In this document: positions 1-12,305 of the stretch, one piece after another
Numbering within the stretch: position 1 is the stretch's first letter
Layout of the letters: every line of letters starts with the position of its first letter
Source: Blastocladiella emersonii ATCC 22665
Taxonomy: Eukaryota > Fungi > Blastocladiomycota
Length of the DNA stretch: 64,000 nt
NCBI GenBank assembly: GCA_025594325.1
Contig: JANHCV010000001.1
Span: forward strand, 4,526,001-4,590,000
Direction of reading: 5' to 3'
Translations under genes and position numbers: made by a program
Notes under the pieces: model-generated
Seen by the model: the letters and a program-made list of their open reading frames with translations, nothing else
Databases searched by the model: none
Told to the model about the DNA's origin: nothing

Positions 1-3000
1 CCGCGGCGCTGGCGCCGGCGCCGGTATGGACGATCGTCATCACGTTTATCCAGTAGAATGAACTCATCAATCCAACTATCTAGGCCCACCGCTCCCGGCA
101 CAGCCCGTGATCAACGTGCTGGCCGAGGACGGCAGCAAAGCGACGCCGGCGTTCGACCGCTACGCCTCGACTGGATCGTCGGCTTCTCTGACCGCGGGGC
201 TCGCGACAACATCTCGTAAACCGCCCTCATCGTCAGCGCGCGCCAGCGGGCTTCGGTCGCACATGGACCTTTCGCCCGCGGGCAGCACCCGCGGCTCGGC
301 GGTGGGACTCGCGCGCTCCACGCGCGATCTCAACAAGTCGGTGCTCGCGGTCCACGGCGGTGGTAGAGGCGCCCGCGGCCAGCTGGCATCCACGTCGAAC
401 CTGCACCGGACGCCCTCGAGCCGGCTATCCACGCCACAGACGGGTGGCTCCCGCTCGCGCATGTCGCTCCGGTCTCCGTCGTCTGCGCGCGTCGACGTGA
501 GCCGGTCCGAGCTGCAGCAGTGGGGCAACTTCTACCGCGGCTTTCACGACGGCATGTCCAACATTGACCGTGTGCTCGCCAACCTGTCGTCCGCCAAGCA
601 CGTCCTCGGCAGCGCGTCACCCCTCATCGAGGTGCCGACGCCCGCCAGCAACAACACGGCCGCCCCTTCGCGCGAAAACCTTGCCTCGCGGTCGCCGAAC
701 CGGAGCACCATGGCGCCTTCGGCGGGCCCGAGCCGCACGAACGAGTCGTACCTCCGCCTCGATGCCGACGGGTCTCGCCATAGTCAAGGGGGGTCGACTT
801 CGCCGCTCGGCCACCACAGCACCTCGCTCGCCTCGGCCGCTCACGGCCAGGGCACCTCCCTCACCAACCTCGCCCTCTCGCCCGTCCGTCACACGCCGGT
901 CCCGACTGAGCCGTACACGCCGATGCACGCGCGCCCGACCACGCCCGCCGACCAGAACCAGTCTCCGCAGAACGGCTCGCCCGTCGCCGGTTCCATGGCT
1001 TCTGTCGTACGTCTCCTTTGCGACCCACTGCCGTGACCCTCGACTCACTCGCTCCATCTATACAGGGTCCCGAAACCAACACGTCGTACCGGCTCATGGG
1101 TCGCGACGAGGGCGGCGACCCGCACGGCTCCGAGATGTTCCTCGCCTCGCACCAGCCGTCATCTTCGTCTCCTGTGCGTCGGTCGCAGGCCAACATGGCG
1201 GCTCTGTTCGCGTCCGACATTTCGCCCGACCGGAACGCTACCCGCCGCTCGAATCTCGCCCTCAACTCGCGCTCCCCCGGCGCCGGCGACCGCACAGCGG
1301 CCACCGCTGCCCGACAGCCATCGCGCTCGCCGAGTCGCTCACCCGCTTCCCCGGGCATCAGCCGTCGCTCTCCCCGCCGGCCCTCGGCCGAACCGCCCGC
1401 GCCGCCGCCCCCGCCCGCCGTCGACCCGAACGAGGCGACCATCATGCGCCTGCAGAAGCGCATCGCCGAGAAGAACAACACCATCTCGAACCTTAGCTTC
1501 CGCGTGCGCCAGATGGAGCGCGAGATGCAGTGGGCGCGCGTACAGGGCCAGGCGAACGCGGCGGCCGCGGGCCACGACGCGCAGCACCGCACGCGGATCC
1601 GCGAGCTCGAGGGCCGGCTCGCGCGCGACGGCCGCGAGATGGCGGCCATGGCGCAGCAGCTCGACCTCGTCCGCACCGAAACCCGCCGTTTGATCGAGGA
1701 GCGCGGGGCGTACCTCGAGGCTGCGTCGGCGACGCCCGTCGTCGAGGTCGTCGCGCCTGCTCCCGTCGTGGTCCAAGCTCACTCCGCCCCCAAGTGGCAC
1801 CCGAACACCGCGGCAGCGGCAGCTGCCCTCGACGCCGTGGTCCAGTGCCAGACCCACGGCCTCGAGTCGCCCTACTTCCCGCAGTTCGCGCCGCTGCTCA
1901 CCCGACTCTCGGCGTTCTGCGCGTCGCTCGCCAAGCCGACCACCGCGGCCGTCGACCCGGTCCAGATGCTCGAGCGGCCCGCGCTCAGCCTCGTCGGCGA
2001 CGTGTGCGGCGCCATCCAGACGCACCTCGCGCATCTGCTCGCTGTTGACCAGATGCGCCTGCTCCCGACCATGGCGCAGATCCCGCCGTCGCCGTTCGAA
2101 GACCCCGTTCCCGAGCCGACCGCATCGCCGCCGCCGCGTCCGGCCATGAGCGACTCGGGCGTACAGTGCGACCTCATGCCAACTGATCCGGCGCCCACGC
2201 CGGCGGTCGACATCCCGTCCAAGGCACTCGAGGAGATGGAGGAGCGGATCACGGCCCTCGTCAAGCACCACCGCGCGCGGTCGCATCCGCAGGAGCCCGC
2301 GCCGCCCGCACCTAAGCCGACCTCGTCCTCGCTCCCCTTCGTCGACGTCGCGGAAACGGGCGAGCTCGACCACCTGATCGTGCGCCTGCTGTCGCTCAAA
2401 CGCGAGAACGAGCGACTCCGGCGCCGGCGCGGGTCGCGTAAGACGGCGTCCGCGGGCGACCTCGCCGTGGCCACGGTCGCCGAGCGCGAGGACACGGCCT
2501 CGGACACGCGCGCGGCCAAGTCGCGCTCGCCGCTGCCCGACGTCCCGCTGCCTGTCGAGCCGACCCAGCAGGCTGCTGCGCCCGCGCTCCCGCCCAAGTA
2601 CCTCGAGGAGGTCAACTCGCTGCGCGACGCCGTGGCGCAGCTCGAGCGCCGGCTCAACGCCGCGGACCGCGACGCACCCGCACCGCGGCCGCGCGCGCGC
2701 CAGCGCGACCTCGAGTCCGAGTACGACGACACGGAGCACGAGGCCGACGGCGGCGGCTGGGACGGCCGGCACCATATTGACATTCGCATGGGCGGCAACA
2801 ACGGCGGTGCTGGGCACGCGCAGGCCGCGCAGCAGAGTGCCGCGCTCGTGGGCACGCTCACGGCGCAGCTCGAGACGCTGGCCCGCACCAACCAGTCGCT
2901 CGTCGAGAAGATTGCCGGGCTCGAGGCGCAGGTCGCCAAAGCCGCGGCTGTCCCGCCGCCTCCACCTCCGCCGCCTGCCCCGGCCACCAAGGAGGAGCCG

Positions 3001-4500
3001 CCAACGCACGACGGGTACCACTACCGCCCGTCGTCGCCGACTGCCCGCGACATCGAGATCCAGCAGCTCCGTGACGCCGAGTCCGCGCGCGTCGTCGCCG
3101 CCATGCAGGACGCGCAGGCAACCATCGAGGCGCTGCAGGCGCACGTCGCGGTGCGCGACGCCGAGATCGCGCACCTACGCGGCCACGTCGAGTCTCTGAC
3201 GGCCACCGCCACCGCAGCTGCCGAGGCGACCCTCGCAGCGCAGGCCCTCGCCGTAGAGGACGCCGCCAGCGCGACGCGGTGGACGCCCGAGCTCGACGCC
3301 GTCGTGCAGCAGCTGTGCGAGGCACTGCAGGTGCAGCAGCAGCAGGCCGAGGAGCACCTCGAGCTCCTGCACCACCACGTGCGCAACGCGTCCGCCTCGC
3401 CGGCCGCGTACCGCGACGAGTCGGGCCCGGCGACGACGACCACGCAGTCCCTCGCGTCCGCGATCCACGCGCACGTCGAGCGGAGCGGCGAGCTCGAGCG
3501 CGCGCTGGACCGTGCTCGGGACCAGCTCGCCGCCCAGTCCAAGGAGCTCGACGAAACACGCGCCGCGCTGCAGAAGGCCGCGACCGACGTGCAGGACCTC
3601 CGCCACCGCGAGTCGCACGCGCTGGCCGAGGCGCGGTCGCAGGCCGCACTCGTGTCGGCGTACGAGACGCAGTGGGACCTGCTCAAGTCGCTGCTCGCAT
3701 CGAACGCGGCGCTCGACGTCGACGTGCCGAGCATCGACGAGCCAGCCGACCATGGCCGCGGCGGCGCGGGCTCGGCGCACCCGTTCCTGTCCATCTGCCG
3801 CCAGCTCGTCGCGCTGATGCGCACGCAGGCCGCCAGCGTCACTGCGGCGACCGAGCGGACCGCGCGCGCCGAGTACGTGGCACAGGAGGTCGAGGCCAAG
3901 CTCGCGGACACGCGCAACCAGGCCGAGCGGCTCGCCGAGCTCGTGAGCCGCGCCGAGCGCTCGCGGAACGACGCGGTGCGGAGCGCGCAGGAGCGGGTCC
4001 GTGCCGCCGAAGCCGCCCGCCGGATCGCCCAGGCCAAGCTCGCGCGCGTCATCAAGGGCGTGTACCTGTATGTGGCGAGCGCCGACCGCACGATTGTCGA
4101 CGCGGCCGACTCGAGCGACGACGAGGACGAGAGCGACGTGATCGAGCAGCCGCCGCTGCGACCCGCGGTCGTCGAGGGACGCAGAGCGCGGCTCCCCTCA
4201 CCGACCCTGCACACCGAACCTGACCAGAGCGGTCGCGGGAGCCTCGACGGCGCGCTCGGCCTCCTGGCGGGCGTCATGGACGGGCTGCAGGAGGTGGACG
4301 AGGACGCGCTCGGCAGCGCGTTTGTCACGGAGGTGCTCGACGACGGCGCCCTCGCGTCGGACTTGCTGACCGTCGATGACCATGTTCGGTCGACGGCGGC
4401 TGCACGGCCAAAGCTTGGATCGGCGCGCGACCAGTCGCGACCACCAACGAGCATGCGTAATCCGCGCGACTCGCGGCCAGGTGAGGGATGGGAAGTGTAG
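1..4500 (+). CDS. Large hypothetical protein, Ser/Arg/Pro-rich N-terminus plus extended coiled coils; 5' end lies upstream of the window
   Basis: ORFs 107..1036 and 1018..4500 join in frame through a GTACGT..TACAG intron at 1007-1065. A second intron GTATGG..CTAG at 24-83 keeps the frame open to position 1. Heptad-like segments (IMRLQKRIAEKNNTISNLSFRVRQMERE; LAAQSKELDETRAALQK). No family recognised. Confidence 0.75.
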
Positions 4501-4630
4501 AAACTTTGAATAATACTTGATTGCAAACTGTCTCCCAACGTCTCCCACGGCCAAGGCCGCCGTGCGATACAAGGTGAAGCGCTGCCCTTTCTCTCTTGGA
4601 ATCCAGAGTCTATGTAACGAAAGCTGAAGA

Positions 4631-5874
4631 ATGAGCTTCAACGACTACCATAATCCATTCTCGAGTGTATGCAACCGCTCATCACGACCATAGCCATGCG
4701 CGCCACCGTGGCCATGGCCACCGTCATTGCCATCCCCAACTCACCTCCGTTGCGCGACTAGGCCGCCGGCGAGCGCGTGGTCAACTATGCCGTGAACAAC
4801 GGCGATCCGTGGGCGGCCGTCATGTCGCCGTCCGTGGACAAGCCCGCCGAGTCCGCGGCCGAGGCGGCGCTGCGCTACCGCGAGAAGGACCTTGAACGGC
4901 GCGAGGCGGCCCTGGCCGCCAAGGAGTCCGAGATCCGGGCCCGCGAGCAGAAGATCGAGGAGGTCACGTCGCGCCAGTTTAACTGGCCAAAGTTCAAGTA
5001 CGACATGGGCGAGCAGGTGATGAACGCGCGACTGACGATGGTCGCCGCATGTAGGCCGATCCTGTACCATTCCATTGAAAAGGAGATCCCGGCCAAGGGC
5101 CGCCCGGTGGTTCAACGGATGTACTACCTGTGGATGTTCTCGGTGTGGACCTACGTGATCAACTGGTACGCGTGCGCAATACCACGGCCGCGACTTGCGC
5201 TGCTGACTATGGCCACGACCGCGGCCACGCGTGTAGCATCGCCTGCCTCTCCGCCCTGATCACCAAGCACTCGGCAGGCGGGAGCATGTTCGTAATGTCG
5301 TTCTTGATCATGGTCATCGGGGTGCCGACCAGCTGGTCTTTCTGGTACAAGCAGCTGTACGACGGCGCGCGAGATGACAAGTCGATTCGATTCTTTCTTT
5401 TCTTCCTCAAGTACGCGACGGAGGGCCTTCGAGTCTCTCGATGTCGGTATACTGACGTTGCCCGTGTCGTAGCTTCGCGTTCCATCTCGGCGCGACCGTA
5501 ATCCTCGGCGTCGGCGTTCCCGGCTGGGGCGGGGCCGGCATCATCGTCACGATTGAGCAGTTCAGCCAGAACCTCGGGTCCGCCATCATCTGCATCATCG
5601 CGACGGTGAGCCTCGGGTTCCAGTTCTTCTTCGGGATCTGGGGGCTCAAGGATGTACGGCCCGCGCGAGTGGAACGATCCATGACCAGCCGCTCACCGCG
5701 CGACGCGTGTAGGTCACGTACTACTACCGGTCGATGGGCATGTCGATGGAAAAGGCCAAGCGCGAGGCCGTGCAGGAGGCCGCGACGTCGCAGGCCGGGC
5801 AGGCGCTCCTCAAGGAGTCGGCCAAGCAGGCGGTTGCGACCAAGGTCGGCCAGACTCCTGGTGCGCGCGCGTGA
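4631..5874 (+). CDS. SCAMP (secretory carrier-associated membrane protein) family
   Basis: Exon 1 MSFNDYHNPFSS contains an NPF motif. Intron 4667-4761 joins in frame to ORF 4777. Coiled coil REKDLERREAALAAKE, then NWPKF..PILYHSIEKEIP, four TM segments and the E-peptide-like SFWYKQLYDG. Several short introns; stop TGA at 5872-5874. Confidence 0.85.
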
Positions 5875-5960
5875 GCTGAGTGTGGAAGCGAGGAAGTATG
5901 CGAGTGGGCGTGTTCGATAAAAATAAGCTGTATTGTGTTGGCAATACAAGCAGGGCACCG

Positions 5961-6420
5961 CTAGCGCTTGGGCTCCTCCTCCGCGGCAGCAGCCTCCTGC
6001 TGAGCGCGCAGCAACGCTTCGCGACGCTGCCGTAAGTCGAGTGTGAGTGCAATCCGAGCGGGGAGTCCTCGAGAGCAATCGTACCTGCCGGTTCCGCTTC
6101 GGAATAATGCGCATGACGCTAGCCTTCTCAAACTCGCTCATCTCGGCCCAGTTCTCGATGCGCGACATGGTGCCGTCGACGTTCACGACCATGGGGCCTA
6201 CACCGAGTTCGTCAGCGTCGGTCCACGCCACCACCGTGCGCTGCTCCATCGGCCGCATACCGAGATCCGTGAGCCGCGTCGCATCGCCGTTCACCTCGAC
6301 CGTCGGGCCCGACGCGCTGCCGGCCGTGTCCCGCCATGGGAGCGCGAGCTGCTCGCCACTCTCAGTGTTGTTGTTCGCCGGGGCATCGCTGCCGCTGTTG
6401 TTTCCGTGGGTCGACGACAT
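5961..6420 (-). CDS. Small conserved uncharacterised protein (LGVGPMVVNVDGTMSRIENWAEMSEFEK..RIIPKRN motif)
   Basis: ATG at 6420. Intron 6084-6027 (GTACGA..CAG) gives ..KRNRQ|RREALLRAQQEAAAAEEEPKR*. The motif resembles a conserved small fungal protein family of unknown function. Confidence 0.65.
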
Positions 6421-6721
6421 GTTGGCGGCGGGGATAACGCAAGAACGAAGGGTCTGTGGCACGTTGCGTAGAGTGAGGTTAAACCGCAGAAGATACATGG
6501 TTTGACGTGGGTAACAAGAGAGAAGAGAGCTCGAGGCAGGGCCCGCTTCGAGCCATCGCTGAGCTGAAGAACCCGAGCGAAGCGCGTCGATCGCCGCCAC
6601 GTGCGGAACTGTCTCGCGTCTCGCGACTTCGCCTCAGCACGTCGACATTCGAGCAGGCCCAAGCGTACGGAATGGAGAGGTAACGATATCTTACGCAAAC
6701 ACAAGTCAAGTCCAACACTCC

Positions 6722-8188
6722 TCACTCCGGCGGCCCGTGCACCTGGTCGCCGATGAGCTCGTACGCGATGCGGCGGCGGAACCCGGCCTGCTTGGCGTGG
6801 TTGAAGACCTTGGAGTTGACAACCGCGCCGATGAGCGCGAGCTGCGCGAACGCGATGGTGAACACGCCGCACGCACTGCCGTCGTCCTGCTTCGGGCACC
6901 CCTTGGCCATGCGGAACTCGAGCTCGGCGAGGTGCGGTGCGACCGCGGGCTCGCCGTCGTCGTCCTCGTCGTCCTCGGCCGGCGCAGCCGTCGCGGGGTA
7001 CTTGGCCGGGTCGTTGGCCTCGTCGATGAGCCACTGCTGGATGGCCTTGCTCGCGCGCACGAGGCGCTCCTTGCGCGGGAGCGAGTCGTACAGCGTGACG
7101 ACGGGGCCCGGGTACTCGATCGTGGCGAGGGTCCAGTGCCGGTTGTCGAAGTTGATCGGGATGACGATCAGGCGGTACTCGGCCGACGGGCGGGGCAGCC
7201 ACCGGTGCACCTTGGCGTACCCGTGCTTCTCAATGTTGCTGTAGAAGAAGGTGTTGAAGACCCACGCGGGCGACGGCGCGTTGGCCGGCAGCCGCCGCTG
7301 CACAATCTCGAGGAACGCGTTGATGATCTCGTCGTTGAGCCAGTCGTCGGTGACCAGCCGCAGGATCTCCTTGCGCTGGATCGCGTACTTGCTGGCCAGG
7401 TTCTGCACCGTCACGTCGGCCGGCACGCCGCGCTTGGTGCGGCGGAGGTACTCGGCCAGCTGCCGCTCCTGGTCGGCCGTCAGCTTGAACAGCGCCTTGG
7501 TCGGGGAGAACGTGTCGCGGACGGGACCCGTCGACAGGAACTGCTTGGCAAACGCCTTGGCCTTCTCGGCTTCCGGATCGGGCTCCTCGTCCGAGTCGGA
7601 CAGCAGCTCGATCACCTCGACCTCGGCGGCCTTGGGCTTCGGCTCCGGCTTGGGCGCGGGCTTCTCCTTCTTGGCCTTGCGCGATGTCGAAGCTGCGCGC
7701 TTGCCCTTGGCCGACTTGGCCTCGGGCGCGGGAGCGGCCGGCTCGGCGGCGCTGGACGCAGCCGCGGACGCGTCGACCTTCTCCTCCTCCTCCGCGGCTG
7801 GCTCCTTCTTGCCGCGCTTGCTCTTGGCGCGCGTCGCCGACTTGGACTTTTTGCGCCCCTTCTTGCCGTTGGTCTCGGGCGCAGCAGCATCGGGTTGCGC
7901 GTCGAGCTCGTCCGAGTCGAGGGCGAGACCCGCGAGCTCGCCGGCGACGTGCGCTGCGGCTGCTGGTGCTGCACCGGCAGTCGAGGTGGCGGTGGACGGA
8001 GCGCGGCCGGGCCCCGATGACGGCACCGCGGCGCGCGCGGGCTTCTGCGCGTCGGCCTTGGACTGCTTGCGCGCCTTCTTGCGTCCCCGCGATGTGGCGG
8101 CAGCCGGTGGAGCGGCGGGCGGGTGCGTCGCGAGGAGCGAGGACGTGAGCCACTCGTCAATGGGATCAGCTTCGAGAGACTCGTCCAT
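6722..8188 (-). CDS. ULP1: Ulp1/SENP-family SUMO protease (peptidase C48)
   Basis: WLNDEIINAF, FNTFFYS, catalytic His in NRHWTL, Asp in LYDSL, PKQDDGSACGVF (oxyanion Gln and catalytic Cys). Long Lys/Ala-rich N-terminus. Confidence 0.92.
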   Translation of the reverse strand: MDESLEADPIDEWLTSSLLATHPPAAPPAAATSRGRKKARKQSKADAQKPARAAVPSSGPGRAPSTATSTAGAAPAAAAHVAGELAGLALDSDELDAQPDAAAPETNGKKGRKKSKSATRAKSKRGKKEPAAEEEEKVDASAAASSAAEPAAPAPEAKSAKGKRAASTSRKAKKEKPAPKPEPKPKAAEVEVIELLSDSDEEPDPEAEKAKAFAKQFLSTGPVRDTFSPTKALFKLTADQERQLAEYLRRTKRGVPADVTVQNLASKYAIQRKEILRLVTDDWLNDEIINAFLEIVQRRLPANAPSPAWVFNTFFYSNIEKHGYAKVHRWLPRPSAEYRLIVIPINFDNRHWTLATIEYPGPVVTLYDSLPRKERLVRASKAIQQWLIDEANDPAKYPATAAPAEDDEDDDGEPAVAPHLAELEFRMAKGCPKQDDGSACGVFTIAFAQLALIGAVVNSKVFNHAKQAGFRRRIAYELIGDQVHGPPE

Positions 8189-8840
8189 GGTGCACTTGCT
8201 CGACGCCGCGGTGGCCGGTCGAAGGCTGATAGCTGCGACTATGCATCAAGAGAGTCCGTGAGATCGGGTCTCGAACGCGCGCAGCGGGAAGCGTACACAG
8301 GTCGGGGGCCGTCAGCAGGCTGCTGCTGGACTCGGACATGCTGCGCGACCGCTTGCGTTTTGGTTTCGCGGCCAGCTGCGGCGTGAATGGCGGAGATGGC
8401 AATGGCGAGGTAGCCGCTGACACAGGTGCTGGTGGGGCGGCGGTGCGCTTGCTGCCCCGCGACTTTTTGGACGGCGTGCGCGCCAGTACAGGCGGAGCAG
8501 CGGGTGCTGCTACGGACCCAACTCGTCAGTACGCGGATCCGTGCGACTGTTCGATGAAGGAGCCGTACGCGCGGAGATCGACGAGAGATTCGCAGCGGAA
8601 GCTTGCTCAGCGGCGATCTTTCCGAGGGCGGGCGCGGGGAGTTTCCGTTTCGCTTTGGACTTGCCCGCACGACCCATGGCAGTGGAGCAACAATAAGACA
8701 GGATCAAGGTGCAGCAACTTAGGTTGCAAGATTCATGAGTCTTCTCGTGTGCGAGGGAGGGAACAGCGCCAGGCTGAAGGTCGCGACTCCGGTCGCGGCT
8801 GTGGCACGCTCAGCCCGCATCACATGAAAATCACATTATA

Positions 8841-10408
8841 TCAAAACGCGGACGCCATGCTCATCTTGCGGCCGCCGCCGCGAGTGACGGATCCCGAGTA
8901 CCTCGACGACGACGGCTCGCCGTGGTCGAGGATACGCGGCAGCCCGCCCGCCCCGCCTCCTCCGCCACCGCCCCCACCGCCTCCTCCGGCGCCCGCGGAC
9001 GCGACGTCGTGGCGGTAGGTCACGTTTCCAGCGTTGCCTGTGCCGTTGCTGGGCCCGGCGGGGATGTCCTTGAACCGGAGCCGCATCTTCTCCTTCTCCT
9101 CGCGGATGAACTGCTCGGCCTTGGTTGCGATCTGTGCCATGTCGAGCACGCGCTCCTGGATCGCCGTCAGCTTCTCGCCGAAGCTCACCGAGTCGGACAG
9201 CGGCGTGGTGCCCTGGCGTGCACCGATCCGGTAGATGTTGTTGATGGCGAGCTTGGTCTCGGACAGGATGCGCATCTAGACACGCGACCAACGTGGTCAG
9301 TCCTCGTCCACGTCGTGCGCGGGCCGTCACGTACCCGCTCCTTCCCGGACGACAAGTTCTGCGCGACCTGCGCCTCGATGCGCGCCGATTCGGTCTTGGT
9401 GCGGTCGAGGCGTTTCTGCAGCGCGCCGAGCTGGCTGTTGTAGACGAGGATCCGGTCGTTCTTGAGCTTGAGCAGGTCGTTGAGCCGGTTCGTCTCGCAC
9501 TCGATCTCGTCGAGTCTCGTCTGCAGCGTCGCCTGCAAGTCGCGGTTCGTCTCGCTCAGCGTGTAGTGCCGCTGCAGAATGTCGTTGATGTGCGGCTCCT
9601 GCACGTCGAGGTAGTCAGCCGGGAGCGACGCGATGACCCAGTTGAGGTACACCTCGTGCGGCAAGTGCAGGGCTACACGAGAAAGGGCGTTGTGAGGTCA
9701 TGGCTGTCGGTGGCCACCGCGATGACGCGCACCGATGGACGACTTGATCCGCTCCGACTTGATCCCTTCCTGTCGGAGCTGCTCCTGCAGCGTGAACAGC
9801 TCTTGTTCCTACACGTACACGACGACGCGTGAGCGGCGACGCCCAGTCTGCACTCCAAACATGTCACTGTACCTTCTGCTCGCGCAGCTTCCGCTCCGTG
9901 AGCGCCTTGGCGAGGGCGCGCTGCCGCTTCGCGTCGTTCTCGCGCAGGAACTTTTCAAATTTTTGAACGCGCTCGCGCAGTAGGCGCTGCTTGGCTTTGA
10001 GTTCATCATGCTTCTCGTGGCACTCCTCCATGCGCTTCTTGAACTCGGTGCGCTTCTTCTCGAGTTGCAGCTGCACCTCCTTGAGCTCCTTGCGCCGGCG
10101 GATCAGCAGCGTGCTCTGCATGTCCTTGGCGACCTCGGACCGGCCGAGCTTGCGCGGCGGCGGGAGCGCCGGCTTGCCCATCGTATCGAGGCCCCCGCCG
10201 AGTTTAGCGGCCTCGAACCTGGTGCAGTCATGGTGATGAGGGCGAGGTCATCCGTGGTGGTGTGGAAGAGGTTGACCACGTACACGCGGCCGGCCTGCTG
10301 CGTGAGGAACACATTTCCGGGCTCAACGGGCGAGTCGCCGTCCTGAATCGTGATCGGCGGGACACCCTCGACCGTGAGCGTGGGCTGTTTCATGGACCTT
10401 GTTGCCAT
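8841..10408 (-). CDS. Flagellar coiled-coil protein, CFAP73/CCDC42 (DUF4200) family
   Basis: STLLIRRRKELKEVQLQLEKKRTEFKKRME..VQKFEKFLRENDAKRQRALAKALTERK matches the DUF4200 pattern. Later exons: YLNWVI..INDILQRHYTL, LSETKLAINNIY. Multi-exon; start (10408 vs 10393) uncertain. Confidence 0.75.
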
Positions 10409-10577
10409 TGCTTTCGCGCTTCATGTTCCACTGTCGGGTTACTGCGTAATGGGAGCAGCGAGGTGACCTTGGCCGCGGACGCGAGACGCGTCGCGCCCGC
10501 TGCGAGACATCACCTGATCACGAGCATTTCCATGCAAATGGTATAAATTTATCGACACACACAAAAATCACACGCGT

Positions 10578-11924
10578 CTAGGACCGGTAGTCGGCGTTGA
10601 TGTGAACATACTCGTCCGAGAAGTCGCACGTGTAGTACGTGGCCGACTCGGCGCCGTTGCCCATGTCGACGGAGATATCGATCTCGTCCTCGGCCAGGAT
10701 CTTGGCGGCCACGGCCTCGTCCATGGGGAGCAGCGGGACGCCGCGGTCAACGAGGCATAGCGACCCGCCGGCAGACGTGACGTGCAGCGACACGGTCTCA
10801 GGGCGCAACTTGGCACGGTCCGCGGCAGGCAGCGCCGTGTACCCGACGGCGCACAGGATGCGTCCCCAGTTGGCGTCCTGGCCAAAGATCGCCGTCTTGA
10901 CGAGGGCGGACGTGGCGATCGACGCGGCAATCGCCTTGGACGCGTCGTGCGAGTGGCTCTTGACCTCGATGCGCACAAACTTGGTCGCGCCCTCGCCGTC
11001 CCACACGAGGCGCGACGCGAGGTCGCGGCTGAACTCGCGCAGGTACCCCGAGAAGGCCCGGGCGTCGCCCGCCGACAGCGAGCGCGGCGCGTCGGCCTGG
11101 CCGTTGGCCATGAGGATGACCGTGTCGTTGGTCGACGTGTCGCCATCGACGGACACGGCGTTGAACGAGTCGCGGACCGCGAGGTCGAGCGCGCCCGCCG
11201 CGGCGCCGGGCGCGAGGTGCAGGTCCGTCAGCAGCATGCCGAGCATGGTGCCCTGGTTGCTGGGGAAGTGACACGCCATGTTCGGGTGGATCATACCGGC
11301 GCCCTTGCACACGCCGGCCAGGGTGAAGGCGGCGCCCGACTCGGGCAGCGTCAGCTTGCGCGACAGGTACTTTGGGAACGTGTCGGTGGTCATAATGGAC
11401 CGTGCGGCACGCACGACGTGGTCGCCCGAGTCGCCGAGCGACCCGACGGCCGCGTGGATCCCGGCCGTGATCTTGGGCAGGTTGGGGCGCTGGCCAATCA
11501 CGCCCGTCGACATGACGAGCGCGGACCCGGCCGGCGCGCCGAGCGCGGACGTCACCGTGTCGACCATGGCGCGCGCGTCCTGGTCGCCCAGCTCGCCCGT
11601 GCACGCGTTGGCGCACCCGGCGTTCACGACCACGGCGTGGAACCCCTGGTGCTTGTTCTGGTCGAGCAGCGACCGCGACAGCTTGACGGGGGCCGCCTGG
11701 AACAGGTTCTGCGTGAAGGTCGCGCCGGCCGTGCACGGCGCCTCCGAGTGCAGGACCGCGAGGTCGAGCGTCGGCGTGCCGTCCTTGGCGGGCTTCTTGA
11801 CGCCGCTGGCGACGCCCGAGATCCGGAACCCGCGCGGCAGGCTCACCGACGACGTCTTGGGGATCAGCGACGCGAGGCGCGCCGCGCGCGAGGCCGAGAT
11901 TTTGGTTGCTCCACCGCCGCCCAT
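10578..11924 (-). CDS. ARG7: Ornithine/glutamate N-acetyltransferase, ArgJ/Arg7 family (mitochondrial)
   Basis: LPRGFRISGVASGVKK, VNAGCANACTG, MSTGVIG, IMTTDTFPK, KGAGMIHPNM..TMLG, DGDTSTNDTV, DGEGATK, NWGRI, TCDFSDEYVHINADYRS. Confidence 0.95.
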   Translation of the reverse strand: MGGGGATKISASRAARLASLIPKTSSVSLPRGFRISGVASGVKKPAKDGTPTLDLAVLHSEAPCTAGATFTQNLFQAAPVKLSRSLLDQNKHQGFHAVVVNAGCANACTGELGDQDARAMVDTVTSALGAPAGSALVMSTGVIGQRPNLPKITAGIHAAVGSLGDSGDHVVRAARSIMTTDTFPKYLSRKLTLPESGAAFTLAGVCKGAGMIHPNMACHFPSNQGTMLGMLLTDLHLAPGAAAGALDLAVRDSFNAVSVDGDTSTNDTVILMANGQADAPRSLSAGDARAFSGYLREFSRDLASRLVWDGEGATKFVRIEVKSHSHDASKAIAASIATSALVKTAIFGQDANWGRILCAVGYTALPAADRAKLRPETVSLHVTSAGGSLCLVDRGVPLLPMDEAVAAKILAEDEIDISVDMGNGAESATYYTCDFSDEYVHINADYRS

Positions 11925-12305
11925 CTTGGTCTGCGGATGGCGAGGGGACGCGCGCGTCGACGTCGCGTGTGAGCGTGTTGATCCCGCGGTGCCGGTCGAT
12001 GCATGGTGCGCACCTGGTTCGAGTTGGTTACGTGGTCAAGCTACGTTGCAGGGCTTCAGCCGGGCTATGAGATCGGCGGGCTGTGGGAGAGCGGGGGCGA
12101 AGGGCGAGGGGAGGGACGGGAGCGGACCGCGCTCGGGCCTCGGGGAGATTTTATCTCGCGCCGCGCCCGCGTGACTGATCTCTAGATAACGGGACCCACA
12201 CGCGATCTCTGACTGCGACGTCAAAGTCCTGCTCGCTCACTTCACCCACCGGCTGGCCCGCGTCTACGCGCTACTTGACTTTGTGCAATGGAATCAAATG
12301 AATCT

